NCBI GenBank assembly: GCA_965153455.1
Contig: OZ234494.1
Span: forward strand, 10,912,001-10,976,000
Direction of reading: 5' to 3'
DNA from: Sphagnum compactum
Lineage: Eukaryota
DNA length: 64,000 nt
Numbering within the stretch: position 1 is the first letter of the stretch; every line of letters begins with the position of its first letter. Shown here piece after piece: positions 1 through 14,014 of this stretch. Made by a program: the position numbers and the translations under genes. Below the pieces are notes generated by a model, which worked only from the letters and a program-made list of their open reading frames with translations, made no database searches and was not told where the DNA came from.

Positions 1-1768
1 TTAGAACTTTCACGCCGTGTCCAGGAGATGGTGATTGCAACTGGGTAGAGACCGATGTCCCGTTGGTGGAGGGCCGGTGGTACGCGAGCAACGCACAATT
101 GCCGGACGGTACGCAAATCCTCGTCGGCGGACGAAACAACCCGACTGTGGAATTTGTGCCCGCTAACGGCCGAGGCGCTACCTACATTCCTCTCATCGGA
201 AATGTAATCATAACTACTCCCTTCTGATCCCACCATGCGTGATCTCGTCCACAAACCTCTTGTGCTTGAGAGAGAAATATTGATATCTCTCAACCGACTG
301 TAGATATGATCATGTCACGAAACTTACGACTTTCCGAGAGAGAAAAATTTGAGATGATTTGTAACTTACGACAAGCAAGATCCTCTGTGATTTCGTCTGA
401 TTCTTTTCGAAACTGACTTGTGGAATTTCGGTACTTGATCGGGGGACGTGCGTCCTTGCAGGCAAATGATGGTCAAGCCGACAATCTCTATCCTTACGTG
501 CATTTGCTCCCCAACGACCAAATCTTCATGTTTGCCAACCAGTACTCTATCCTCTTCGACTGGAAGACCGTCACCGCTGTGAAGCAGCTCCCTAATCTTC
601 CCGGCGGGCCCAGAAACTATCCGTCAGCTGGTAGCTCGGTCCTGTTGCCATTGTCTGCTTACATTAATTATGAATTGCCCGAGGTTGTTGTGTGCGGCGG
701 AGCAACGTACGGTGCGTTCCTCAATCCTGGAGCCGCTCTCCCGGCGACGGCGAGTTGTGGAAGAATTGCGCCCCTGACCGAAGGTGCGAATTGGCAGATG
801 GAGGACATGCCTCTTAGACGCAACATGGGTGACATGGTGCTCTTGCCTGATCGCACCGTCCTCATCATCAATGGAGCTGCCAATGGTGCTCAAGGTTGGG
901 GAAATGCACAAAACCCCGTGCTAACACCAGTGTTGTACAATCCCAACGCCGCCTTTGGTCGTCGCTTCCAAGTATTGACGGGGACGAACATTGCTCGCGT
1001 GTATCACTCTACCGCCAACCTCTTGCCCGACGGTCGTGTTCTCATCGCTGGCAGCAACACACACCAATTTTACACCCTGACAGGATATCTCGCGACAGAG
1101 CTCAGGATCGAGGCATACTCACCAGCTTACCTTCGCGGCAATAGACCAGTCATCGCCAACGCTCCTGGAGAATTAGCCTACAATGCGCGATTCGAAGCCA
1201 GAGTTGAAAATGGTAATCCGAGGGCCATCGAGCTCAATCTCATCAGCCCTCCGTATTCGACTCATTCCTTCAGCCAGGTACTAACTACTGACTGACCTTG
1301 TTCCACACGTCGCGCAATTCTTTCTCCACGACTGAAACATGGCGCAATGTCACTAGATTGAAACAGATAACAATACCACAATCCCAGAATCAATTTTTTG
1401 TTGCAAAATTGAAACCAATTATCTTCATAATCTTCACGACTTTTTGTTCTTCTTCTCGAGGCTCATTCAAAAATTGCGGATTGATCATGCAAAATCGGCG
1501 ACTTAACTATGTCTGTCCCATTCGGATCCTCTCTGCAATTCCTCAAAGAAAAGAATTTGAAGTTCCATGGTTGGTTGCCTGATTGCTGCTGCAGGGACAA
1601 AGATTGATACAACTGAATGCTGCAGTCCCAGCTAATGCGGGAGGGGGTGCATATACAGTCGCTGCTAATGCACCACCGAGTGCGGTGATTGCACCCGCAG
1701 GTTACTACATGTTGTTTGCAGTGTCGGAAGGCATCCCGAGCGTTGCTGAGTGGGTTCATGTAGGATGA
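1..1768 (+). CDS. Glyoxal oxidase / galactose oxidase-like copper radical oxidase (GLOX family), 5'-truncated by the window; exons <1-203, 462-1277, 1595-1768
   Basis: Translation shows RWYAS (exon 1), NLYP, RNYPSAGSSVLLPL, RVYHS and THSFS motifs typical of plant glyoxal oxidases, plus the C-terminal APAGYYMLF segment. GT-AG introns 204-461 and 1278-1594 keep the frame. Confidence 0.93.
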
Positions 1769-1811
1769 TTCATGCATGGCCTCGAAAATCGAAAGTCTAG
1801 CAACAACAAGA

Positions 1812-1856
1812 CGATCGATCGATCGATCGATCGATCGATAGATAGATCCATCGATC
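1812..1856. repeat. (GATC)n/(GATA)n microsatellite in the GLOX 3' region
   Basis: cgatcgatcgatcgatcgatcgatcgatagatagatcc read directly. A (GA)n tract follows at about 1929-1949. Confidence 0.9.
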
Positions 1857-2254
1857 ATCCTCTTTGCAAATTTGTAGCAACGGTTCCGAAAAAGTTTGTC
1901 ATAAACTGCTTGAGGCTCCTCCTCATCTGAGAGAGAGAGAGAGAGAGAGTACTTCTCAGAATTCCACAACCTGTTCTGATTTCAAGCAAGCATTCCGTCT
2001 GCCTATGGTTGTTCTCACTAAATTTGTGGCTGAAGAAGAATGCAACGCTCAAAGAAAGAGAAAAGCGTACCATTCGCACAGACAGCGTCATGTGCTTCAT
2101 GAAGGAAGCAACAATAAGGCTAGACTCAGAGAGAGAGAAAGAGAGCCAGATAGAGAGAGAAAGAGCCACATCGAGGATGAGTGAGCTGACGAAAGGCTTG
2201 CCATCACCGCATGTTCAAACATCGTGTTCTGTGCCAATAAAAACTCCTGCACTG

Positions 2255-2535
2255 TTTTTCCTTCATGTGGATTTTGTGAAGCTCTTCTCGTGAAAGTTGT
2301 GATGAGCTCTAGGTTTTCTTCTCATGAATTTTGGAATTTTTGGGAGGCTCTTCTAGTGAAGGTTGTGATGAGCTACAGGTTTTGTTCTCATGGATTTTGT
2401 GAAGCTCTTGAACGTGTGAAAGATGTGATTAGCTCTAGGTTTTCTTCATGGATTTTGTGAAGCTCTTCTCATGAAAGTTGTGATGAGATCCAGGTTTTCT
2501 TTTCATGAAGTTTGTGAAACTCTTCTTGTTAAAGT
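2255..2535. repeat. Tandem repeat, about 60-bp unit, about 4-5 copies
   Basis: The unit tcatggattttgtgaagctcttctcgtgaaagttgtgatgagctctaggttttct recurs. ORF 2224..2460 just translates the repeat. Confidence 0.85.
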
Positions 2536-3644
2536 TGTCTGATGATTTCTATTTTGAGTTCTGTTGTTGAAGAATAGTTTATCCAGACACAAACGTCAGA
2601 TTGCAGTGGTTTTATACTATCACACGAAACTTTGCTGCAAATTGGAGCTTCATGGCTGCAGGATTTACACATCGATGCATTTTGTGTAGGTTCCCATTTG
2701 CCGTAAGATTCTTCAATGGTTTTAGGCAGCTTACGGAGCTGGGTATTCATAATTCTTTGAGATTGTTGAAGTTTCATCAAAAGAAACTTTAATTGTTTGG
2801 ACTTGGAATGATCTGCTTCATCAAACTTCCTCTGAACGTGCACTGGATGGAACGAGACAAGAAGAATCAGACTCGAAGAAGACAAAACAGAACCAAGCTT
2901 CCTCTTAAGCAACAACAGAAACCAAGATACCAACACAATAATGCGAGTAGCGACTCAACATCAATGACAGTGCAAAAAGCAAAAGCGGTATTGAAGACGA
3001 TCCAGTGATTGCTTACTTCTGGATCCAGACGAGCACAAAGAATTTGCACTCGGCAGTAAGTAAACATGAGAATGTGTATGTGTGTGTGATGGGATTGCAA
3101 ATCTGACAAAAAGCTCTGAAGACATCTGCCCACCACTCTAAAGTTTTCAGAGGGCAACCACATCAAGTACCACATAACTTCGGCTGGTTCAAACCTCTGT
3201 GTGTGTTTTGCGCCTGCTCAATGGATCTCAAAGGACAGGCTTTGCATCCATTGAGCTGTGTGATGTAGCAAATTCCCTAGTGATAGGGGCAGATCACTGA
3301 AAAACTTAACCTAACACCGGTGCTTGAATCACACCTGGAATCTCGAATCCTAATCTGTAAACCCTAGAATCATAATTCTAATTTTAACATCAATTATACT
3401 TTATGTTATAATTTCTCTTTGAAGACTTGTGACACGTGAAAATCAAAACGTTTAAAATCACCTTTGGACAGCAGATTTGACTTCAATTTTGTCTCCATAT
3501 TTGTCTTCAATGTCATTTCATTCCCAACAAAGCCAAATACTGTATTGTTGGATTACATTGGCTTGTTTTATATAACCATACATAGATTGATAGGTATGCA
3601 AGACAAAATCTTTATTGGAAGCACTTGAAAGTGATAATTTTTTA

Positions 3645-3870
3645 ATTTTGTGATGGGCATCAATTGATTGGGCCTCATCACAAAAAAAATTAATCAAGCT
3701 TTAGAAAATTGGACAGTCCCAAAATAGATATATCATAGTCTCCTCCTTTTGGGCTTCTTACACAGGTTACAAGAGTAGAACCTAGGGCTAAGGAACACAT
3801 TGCAGACTTGATGGAACACATTAGGGACTACAAAAGTTCAAAAAATCCAAGACACACCACCCCCTCCCCT
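3645..3870 (-). repeat. Dispersed repeat copy, inverted relative to the copy at 42540-42870
   Basis: Shared blocks with the reverse complement of 42700-42830: attgattg(g)cc(t)catcac-An, then cc..aa.tag, then ctcct/cc..tggc...tatagg-like blocks. Confidence 0.55.
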
Positions 3871-4811
3871 CTCTCTAAGCAAATAAAGTTATTGAAACAT
3901 CGTCCATGAAAGCTGCAAATGAATAATAAATGGAAATGTGGGAACTCAAATAGAGTTATTGAAACATACTACATGAAAGCTGCAATCGAATAATAAACAG
4001 AAAGGGAGAGACAACCTTATACCTTTGCTTTAGAGAAACATTCAAGAAAACTTATTTTGATCAACAATGTCAAAATCAAACATTTCAGAAAAATCCATAA
4101 CCACTGGGCATTATAATGGTTTGAGTTGGTAAATTGAATGCACAAGTTTGCAACTCACACCATTCTAATATAACACAAAATTTAAATGAAGAATGACTTG
4201 AAATGTACCTAGCCAAGACAAACCAATACTATAACCCATTCTTATGGGGTTAGGCAAGAATGGGGTAAGGCAAGGGTCAATCTTCTTTGCTAAATATGAC
4301 GTTAGGTGTTATCTTATTTATCAGCTAGCAATTAATTTCCAAATGGTGGTTGCTTCCTACCACATGGATGATTCTTCACATTTTCTCATCAAAGGAGACC
4401 CTATAAAATCCCTTTGGATGCCCCTTATACCAGGGATGGCCCTGGGCCTTGCCGACACTGAACTGAGCCTTACAAGAATTGCCAAATTGGTGCACAGCAC
4501 ATACCAATACCATACCAACAATTGCCATTCTTTATCCAAACACCCTTCATACCTGTTCATATGAACCCAGGCTTCAAAGAGATCACAGAAAATTATTGGT
4601 TGCATTTCTAAGGTCTCCTCACACAACTACCCACAGAACTCAACAACTACCTGACTCACTCTCCAAAACAAAACCTTATTTCAAAAGTATGATGAAGCCT
4701 GTATTTGCCCAAAATAGAAACATGAGACATAACTCACTACACTAACTTGCCTCAATTTGTTTTTCAGGTCAAAACTGCTATTCTCTGCCAAACCTGGTAA
4801 ATTACCATGCC

Positions 4812-7800
4812 CTAACTTTTCCATGGATCATTTTCTGTGATGACTTCAGATGCCTCGACAACCTCAGCATGGCTTGTTGACGGTTCTCCGGCTGTGCTTT
4901 CACTCTTGCCAGCCAAGGCTAGTGACATCATCTCGTAAACCTTAGCCCCAAATTCAGCTGGGCTTTCAGGCTGCATGCAAGAAAATTCCAAACAATGTTG
5001 TTTAAGTCCTTTAAGAATTTGAACTTCTTACTAGGATCATGTACAATAGAGCACATATTAGAAAAAACCTGCTTGGAAGCCCAAACCACAAACCAAACAG
5101 TAACATGGCCACAAATGTTGATTAGGATCAGATTACACAAGAATATAATCTGATCCTCTTCAAGCTTGGCCAGGGTACAGAGAAGAAAGGAGACATGTCC
5201 AAATAGGCACTGCCAGGATTCCATGGGGCTAGGATGTCAACAAAATGACATTGCACTTCCAGCTATCAGAAAACTTCAACAACAAGTTGTCGGCTGAGAA
5301 GTAAAAAGAGTTGGCCAAAGCATGTCAAAAATCTAGCTCACCGTGTAGCCACTGGACAGCAGTGCAGTTTCATATAGAAGATCCAACATCTTCTGCGATT
5401 GTGAGCTCTGTGGAGCACCCTTGCTCGTACGCTGTGAGACACACAAGCTCAGAGTTAGAATTGACCAAGTTAGATCCCAAATGCTGAAAGCCCACCATGA
5501 GAAACTCAAGCACAAAGACTACTCAGAAGTACACTGACATTTAAATCCTGAACTATAGGATGGTTGGGGTTGATCTCAAGTATTCGCTGTCCACGCATGA
5601 AATCCATATGGGAAGAATCTCCAAGAGTTTGGGCCTTCATTATCCTGCACATGCACAACATACCCAAGTTTAGGACAACTGCGCACTACGGTAAGCAATT
5701 CACATCCGTACATCCAATTTTTTCCTGATGCTTGGTGACAGATCCATTTCCAACGGCCACCCCTTTTACACTAAAGTTAACTAGCTTGCAAAGCTTGTTA
5801 GTCTCACTTTGCTCCACAAATTAACATGTATCTTAATCTTGCATACCTTTCCATGTTAGCTGACCACCCAAATTTTCCTGAGACAAGCACACAGGGTGAA
5901 GAACTAATCCGCTTGGAAATTTGAACTTTTGCCACCTTATCGCCAAGATTTCTCTTCATCCAATCACACAGCTCCTTGTATTCTTTCTCCATCTCCTTCC
6001 CCTTCTCCTCATCCTCAGCTCCACCTGATATTGTTGAAGCATAGTAAATGGGTTAGAGTAGGGAATAGACATGGCCATAACTGTATCTTGTGAGTACACA
6101 CATTTGACAGTCCAATCCTCCCATACACAACACACTACCGCGTTTAGCTCAAATAACTATTATCAGTCTCACACCCTTTACTTTTCTAACCATGCAGTTA
6201 AGTCAATCTGGATAGAATTGAGATATCAGATAATAAGGTCTTTTAGTTCAGATCTAACAACATATCAGCAAAGAGAAAAGACAAAAATAGAACTCATAAT
6301 ATTATAGGCCCAACCCTAGGAAACAGAACACAAATGAGGCATGGTTTGATCAATTTGATCAACAGCAACAGTGACATGTTCAATGCCCTTCAGCAACAAC
6401 TTGGTAGTTACCAACTACCATAACATTAGTGTCAAAAACTCAAATTTTTAACATAATAAAGAAACTTTCCTCTCTTTGCCTGTAAGAAAGGCTTGGTTAG
6501 CTGCACTAATGTTGTTGTAATGACATGTACTAAAATCACTTTGTAAATGACTGGAACCCTAAACTAAAAGCATTCATTATGAATGCAGAAGAAATCCAGA
6601 GGACCTTACCATGAATAATGTCAGAAAAGCTTAATTCAATGGTGTGAAGAAGAGCACATTTGTAGTTATAAAAAGATCCCTTGTTTAAGACCAAAAGAAG
6701 GACAAGAGCTTACCAAGTTCCAAATCTTCCCTGCTGATGTCAACGAACTTCTTATCTTTGAATTCTTTCAGATTAGTTAGAGCTACTTCATCAACAGGTT
6801 CAACCAAAAAAAGAACCTGCCAAAACCCAAGACTCACATGTCAATCTAGTTGCAAAGATTTATCCATTAAAAGAGATTTCAGAAATATGATCCATGACAG
6901 CATGTGGTGCAAGTAACGGCATATTCCTGATCTAAAATTGGTAATAGTCAGATTTAGGACCAAACAGTTCAGTGTTCTCTCATACCACTTGACACATCAT
7001 GGAACAGCAACAGAAGGGTCATGGAGCTTTCAGCCATCAGCCCACCTCAAGGTCCCTCTTCACTAACTCTTCAAGGAAAGGTGCACTTTTAGCACTTTTG
7101 ATGGTGTCTGCAGCCAGATAGTATATGGCCTTCTGGTCTGGCTTCATGCCTTCCACATACTGGTCAAGAGAAATCAAATCTTCTTCATGCTTGTTTGAGT
7201 GGAATCTCAGCAGAGGTGCCAACCGCTTGTGGTTACCAGAATCCTCAATACAACCTAACTTCAGATTCTTCCCAAAGCTAGTCCAAAATGTGTTGTAGTC
7301 CTGTAGAAGAGCACAGAACAGGAGAAACCCCAGAAAATTCAACTGTCAAGAACAGTTTGGTGCACTTAAAGAAAAGGTTATCTGTCCATAGAGCAAATCC
7401 ACAAACAGTTGTCTCATTACTGCGTCTAGACACTATTTTTACCTAGGGTTACAAACCAGAAATGATGAAAAAATCATAATTGACAGTATTCAATTAAAAA
7501 AATTCCATATCATTTCCATTATCTTCTAGAGCCAGAATGTCTTAACCTTGAGTAAAGACCTGGACAGTAAGACAGTCCAAGAGCACTCTTATAGCATCAT
7601 CTATTCTCTTCTTTGAATTCACATCCCATATAAGGTGACTGGCACAAAAACACCACTACATCAGGCAGACACACCTCTTTGTTTTCCCGGTTGGCAATTT
7701 CATCAATCATGTCAAATGTCTTCCGCACAAGACGCCTCTTCATTATGCGGACCTGCACTCCAATTAGGCAGCCAATATCACCTTATAGCACAAAAGCACA

Positions 7801-10800
7801 GAATGCGTATAATAGCACTATCTGTGGAGATACTGATAAATCCAGTACGAACATGGACCAGCTTTACAAATTTTGAACTTACAATGCGGCTCTCCTGAAG
7901 AATCTCACGGGAGACATTCAAAGGAAGGTCATTTGAGTCCACCACTCCTTTAATAAATCCCAAATATCGTGGGAACTGCACAGAGAAAAACTTCCAATCA
8001 GCTCACGCCCCAAGAGAAATGCAGCCTGCAGCAATGAACCAAAACTCTCTCAAATACACTCCTTGAGAAAATGTACAAAAATCAAAGGAGAATGTTCAAC
8101 TTACCAACTCTCCATCAAACTCATCAGAGATGAAAACTCGTTTGACATACAAGCGAATGTTTTTTGTCTTGGCACCCAGCATATCTTCTGTATTGAAGGG
8201 AGCCATGCCTGGAATAAAGAGCAGGCTCCTAAACTCAATCTCTCCCTGTATATAGTGCCCAGTTGCCTCTTAGTAACTCCTAAGAGATATTTTATGCAGG
8301 CTACTTGATCCTATGTACAGATATTTGTGATTTAGTTCCATCAAAACTCATAGCAAATTTCTCTGGTCTTGATGTCTTTTGTCTCATGTAATTTAAATAT
8401 TATGAATAAATGACTGGTCACAGGGTGTAGTGGAAAAAGACATCTTTAATGATGACCTGGAAAAACAACTCCACTCTTACTCCTCAATAGTTTGTATGAA
8501 TCAAGAAGCGTAAGAGAATTTCTATGTGAAAATAAAGTAAGCTCAATGCCTAAATCTGTGATGATTCCTCAAATCTGATTCCAAGACCATGGTTATAATA
8601 ACTCAAATACCAGATGAGAATTATGTTTAGCTCCCTACTCCTAGATCACAGGCAAAACAGTATCATGTGTAGGGAAAATGGATTGTCCTCTCCAAACATC
8701 CATGACATATCAAGGTCTCACCTCAGTTGTGAAGTGTGTGTATGCCTGAGGGTCAATAAACTCCTTGAATGTACTTTTGCAAAATGCACTGTATTCTTCC
8801 TTGGTAACCTCCTTTGGGTTACGCATCTACCATAACCAACACCAATTGAACCACAGTCAACAACCAAAGAGAATTCTGGTGTATCATGCTGTAGTGCTGA
8901 TAATCTGGCTCCCCTTTAATAGCACATAATCAGAGTTCACAAACACGTGGATCTACTTGCAATTCTAGGTCTGCTTTGTGAGTAGTTCACTGAAAGTGCA
9001 CATACCCAAATAGGTTTGGTATCATTGCTGAGCTCCCAATCCCAGTACTTCTCAGTGATTGACTTCTTCTTCTTGTACTGGCAGCCAACACGTTAGCATG
9101 TCAACCCACCTGCTAAGGTCAAACTGCAGAAAATGTATAACATAGGCATCTACAAATAAGTTGTGTGATGCAGCTTAGTACCCACATGTATGAGAAGAAA
9201 ATACAAATAAATCAAGCCGACAAAGCAGAAAATAACAGAACACAATACATGCCTCTTTTTTGTCTTCTTCAGCTCCCTCTTTCACTTCATCTGCTTCTTC
9301 CTCCACCTGCCGGCAAAAATGATCCCATGAGTTTCCAAAGTGCAGAAAATAATCCAAATTGAAGCCTGTATCTTGGCACTTTAAGTCAAACAACAGTTAT
9401 ATACCATGTGTAGCATTGCATGCAAGAAGCTTGAGAGAGAAGAGCACATCACAGAGGTAGGTCAGCTGAGGGAGGAAACCTGTACCTCCTTTGTTCGGGA
9501 CTTCTCCTGCCATGTGTAGATTGGGAAAGATATAAACTGTGAATAGTTCTTAACCAGGTTCTGTATTCTGCCAGCTTCTGCATACTCAAATTTGTCATCT
9601 GCCTGCAATACCAAGGCATTGGTTACAACTTTTTTGGTCTTCCTCTTTAGGTCCATACAATCACTATTAGAATCACAGATCAGTATTCTTACTCTTGCTT
9701 CAGCTGACATGCCCCAGCTCTATCCTTGCCTTTAGAACAATAATGATCAGTAATAGTAGAGGCTTACACAAATGCATGTTACTAACAAAATGCACATCTA
9801 CTCAAACTCTGCTTGATGTACTTCTTCAATGAATACCTTAAGATGGAGAGTAATGACAGTCCCACGAGGAAGCAGCTTATCAGAATCTGTCTCCTCAGAG
9901 ATAGTATATACACTTGTGTCAGCTTCTCCTTCCCAGACATACTGCTTATCCGACTTTGCACTCTTAGTTGACACAGTCACCTGTCCAAGAAAATCCAGAA
10001 ACTGTCAACAGACAAACTCAACTAAATTGACCATAAAAAAAGACATGGAAGCAGAATATTTTCCAGTTATCCATGGACTTGGACAGAAGGTGTAAGGAAA
10101 TCCAAAAGAAGTTGTCCAAGTTGCAAACCAAGCACCAGAAGCTACCAGTTCTTATACTCAGGAAAATACCTTGTCAGAAACCAGGAAGGCAGAGTAAAAG
10201 CCAACACCAAACTGGCCAATCAAGTTGCTATCAGCAGCATTGTTTTCCTTGCTGTCCTGCACTTGATAAACCCATGCAATCCTATATAAAAACAAAGTCT
10301 CTATTCTGTTTCAGATGCAATTACAAATACCAACTGCACATGCAAAACATAATTCCCTCTTCTAAATGATATCCCATGATCCCATTCCCCTAAACTACAT
10401 CAACCCAAAATTAATAAGATTCAGTACTGGTGTCTGGAGATGTCTCCTCCAAACTCACCTTTAGAGCTTGCATGAACTTTGCAGTCCCACTTTGTGCAAT
10501 GGTGCCTAGACTCTCAATAAGTTCCTCACGTGTCATGCCAATACCAGTATCTCTGGTCAACAAAACCACCCACACCAGTCAATATCATGACATAAAACTT
10601 CATATGCACAAGGAAGAAAGAGAACCCTCAAAAACAGCTTGGAATTCCTTCTGCAGCAACAGTTCACATGATAAGAAATGTCAAATTGATAGCTCTCAAA
10701 CCACCAACAGACCCTAAATTGAGTGAGGCAAGCAAGGACAAAGTTGAGACACACAACTTTATCTCAGGAGCTCACATGATTGTAATGGTTCCTGCATCAG

Positions 10801-12827
10801 GGTCAGTCTTGATCCGAATTTCCAAGTTGGGGTTCAAGTCCATCAGACTTGGGTCAGTGACACTCAAAAATCGCAGCTTGTCCAGGGCATCACTTGCATT
10901 GCTGCAGGATCCCACAACAAAACACAATAAAACAAGTTGGAAAGGTAACAGACAGGAAAAGAGTCCTGTCAACAGTAGCAGAAAAAAATTATTCCAATAA
11001 AAGATGCTTAACCCATGTCTTCTAAGAATGTTTGTGAAGCCTCCTGGAACTACCTATATATGTGGAAAACCTTCAAGTACGAAAGAAGTTTTCAAGCACT
11101 ATCATATCATATTCCAGTGACATTACAATAGACATCTAAACCTCAGAATCAAAGGAGCAACCTAGTATTTGACATACTAAGCATGCCCTCAAACAATATT
11201 TTGAATGCATGAGACACTAGGCTTGCACAAATGAAGTACCTGACAAGCTCCCGAAGAAAAACTTCCTTATGGCTGTAAAGGCTGTGGACAATAAGATCCA
11301 GCAGCCGACTGACCTGTGCCACTCAAAAGGGAGCAAAAAAAATTAGCAGATGCACCTCATCCTGGGCATCAACCACACCTCCCTTCAGTTCTCTCTGGTA
11401 AAACTCCATCTTCCAGGTATTTTCAGTCCAAATCTTCATAGTAGTCTATTGAACAGTTAAAAACAGTGAATCCAATGCAATGCAAAGTCTACAACTTGAA
11501 ATGAAAACTAAAAGCACAGAAAGTACCTCAGCTTGATACTCATACTTCTCAACCGGGGCTTCCTTCTCAGTAGCTGTAGCTTCACACCTAACTCTGATAA
11601 CACTGCCCTTTGATTGGCTCACAAGTCTTTGAGCAAATCCTGATGTCCTCCCCGAAATAGCTCTGACTGATCTCAGTGAGTTGCTCTGACTTGGTGCTGG
11701 TAAAAATGATGATTGTCTCCCCACAAGATTGCCATTGGATTTCACGACAGCTCCTGCACACTGCTCACAAGGTTGTTCATCAAACAATCCACAATGTCAA
11801 CCACAATGAACAAACTAAAATTCACAAACTTCTTAGACCCATCATCACTTTTCGACCCCTTCACAATGTGCAGAAGTCAATCTCCTGCTATTTACAAGGA
11901 CTACTATTGCATTGTCATTAAACTGGAAATCACAGGAATATGTGTGACCTTCAACCACAGAAGCACAGCTATACACTCTCAGAAAACCTGTCATGCTTGA
12001 TTGTTATAAAACAAGCAGCTTGTTGCATAATGGCTCTGCCCTTTAAATGACATCCATAAGGATGATCAATATTGAACATACTAGTTGGAAAGACATGGTT
12101 ATTAGCATGGTGAAGCGCAAGTGGATTCTTCAATTATGTCAGAAATGTTTCTATCAGGGACTCCACATGACCCTGAAATGTAGGGATCCGAAACTTTGAC
12201 CCATTTCTGGATGCATCACAATGCCTGTACGCTGGAGGGCAGAGCCAGTAAACACTAATTGAGAGCCATGCAGTCGATGAAGACTGCAATCAAGAAGCTA
12301 ACCAGCCAATTCTCCCAATTGAAAAAAACAAAGCACCTCATCGCCCCATCAAAATCTCAGGAACATGACAATACGTACTCGAAAAATAATACCGAAACTA
12401 AGTCACACAACAACCCTTACAAAACAATATCACCCGGATACCTTGATACCGAGAGGTTCCATTGGCAGCGAACAGGCAAACGACCAGCTGCTAACAAATT
12501 CCATCTGCAATTCAGAATAATACTTATCCGCGATAACTCAGAACGAGGGCGAAGAATCCTTTTAACGAATACTCTAAGCACACGTCTCCAAAGAACAATG
12601 AGGAAAATAAATGGTAGAAGGGTTGAAAGAACAGTGTTGACGACAATCCAAAGACCCACCAGCGCGCACAAAAACACAGAGCCTGCATGAAGAAGGAAAT
12701 CTCAACAATCAAAACTAAAAACCGGCGCGGCGCTGCCTACCTTATCCGACGAGGGACGCGCAGTAGTGGAGGAGGAAAGCGCCGCGGTCAGGCTTCGTGC
12801 AGCCGCCAGCGAGGCCGCAGGCGCCAT
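4812..12827 (-). CDS. HSP90-5: Plastid heat shock protein 90 (HSP90-5/HSP90C), about 798 aa; 20 exons: 12741-12827, 11527-11760, 11240-11313, 10776-10901, 10459-10552, 10170-10256, 9837-9980, 9486-9602, 9253-9306, 9006-9077, 8722-8826, 8105-8245, 7883-7975, 7675-7752, 7046-7300, 6714-6816, 5847-6024, 5539-5644, 5342-5431, 4812-4970
   Basis: Spliced translation contains [63 protein letters not shown] and GWSANMER. It has a Ser/Ala/Arg-rich N-terminal transit peptide and a C-terminal ENDPWKS (DPW motif of plastid HSP90; no MEEVD or KDEL). Exon lengths sum to 2397 nt with consistent phases. Confidence 0.95.
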
Positions 12828-13479
12828 GACTGCCAAGCGTAACGACCTTGCGACGGACCGGGCTTGCATGTATGTACGATTGCGAAAACTCGTCGGAAGT
12901 AAGTAAGACGAACGCTGCAGGCAGAGAAAACCACGCACGAGAGGCGGAGAAAACAGCGCAATCCGGAAATAACTGGTCCAGCAACTCAGTAGCAAAGCAA
13001 TAGTTGCGCTAATGCCATTCACAAGCGGCGCAAAACCATGACCTAAAAACTAAAACGCATCCCCATTTCAAAAGCATGAATTGGAATATTCGAGGGCCGC
13101 CCGGGCCTAAAACTCCTCGTCAAAACCCAAACTAGTGCGGCCTCTGGTGTCGGCCTAAGTGTGAACTCGATATCCAAATTATTCTTAAAATTGAGTAAGT
13201 ATCCCCTTAAGGCTCCCATCCATTTTGATACTAAAACTAAAACATTTGATATGTAACCCCACCTTTGGGCTTTACACATCATAAAGCACGAGGCAAAGCT
13301 TATCATAAACCCGAATTTATGTAAAATATATGTAAATCCCAAGTCATCGACCATAGGAGGGGGAAGAGTAGGTGTAATTCCTGCTCGGTCCTAAAGACGG
13401 ATATTTAGGTGGATGTTCCTTCCAAATACACTAAGAAATTTCTCAGCGTGATGTACTTAGATACAACAATCAGTTTCTT

Positions 13480-13620
13480 TGAGAAATTTTGTTGTTTTTT
13501 CTCCATCAAAACACAATTTGGGAAATTCTTCTTGTAGTATAAATTCGACTAATTTTGCTATTTTTTTTGGAAACATTTTCAAAATTTCCGGTATCACAAA
13601 ATAGAAAAGAGAAACCCTGA
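13480..13620 (-). repeat. Short dispersed repeat (about 140 bp); related copies at about 59925-60035, 60078-60180 and 60940-61100
   Basis: Shared core ctagtgt.aat..gact/ttag.ttttgctatttttttggaaa...tatca...aaaccctg, seen in both orientations. Confidence 0.6.
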
Positions 13621-14014
13621 CAACAAATAAATAGGTACAAATACAACACTATCGTTGTCTCGGTTGTTGGAAATGCTGCCTCTGTTTCTCACGCTCGTTT
13701 ACAATTAGAAAGTTCGAATGGAATCAATTCACTGCTTCTCCAGCTCTCTTTGTTCTCCGTATCGTGGGTGTCCGGCGATCTGTCTCTGACTTTTATTACT
13801 TTGCGTGTCTTGAAGACGTGAATTGTGTAGATACATCTTTCCCCTTGCTCGCTTCCCCCACGGAAAAATATACACATATGCTCTTCTGAGAATTCTTGAC
13901 TACCACCGAAAACTGATGTGTAGAGGATTTAAAGGGAATCTGACTGAGTGAGCGAGATCGGGCAATTTTTCGAATTCGGGGTCGTTACCTTTGGTTTCTG
14001 TGATCCACTACGAA

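Noticed and set aside
1855..3175. Several 60-135 aa ORFs downstream of GLOX
   Set aside because: They derive from GA microsatellites and the 60-bp tandem repeat, and show no domain or consistent splice pattern.
13083..13095. Heat-shock element upstream of HSP90C (GAAtaTTC)
   Set aside because: Only two nGAAn units are present, and three are normally needed. Too weak to call.
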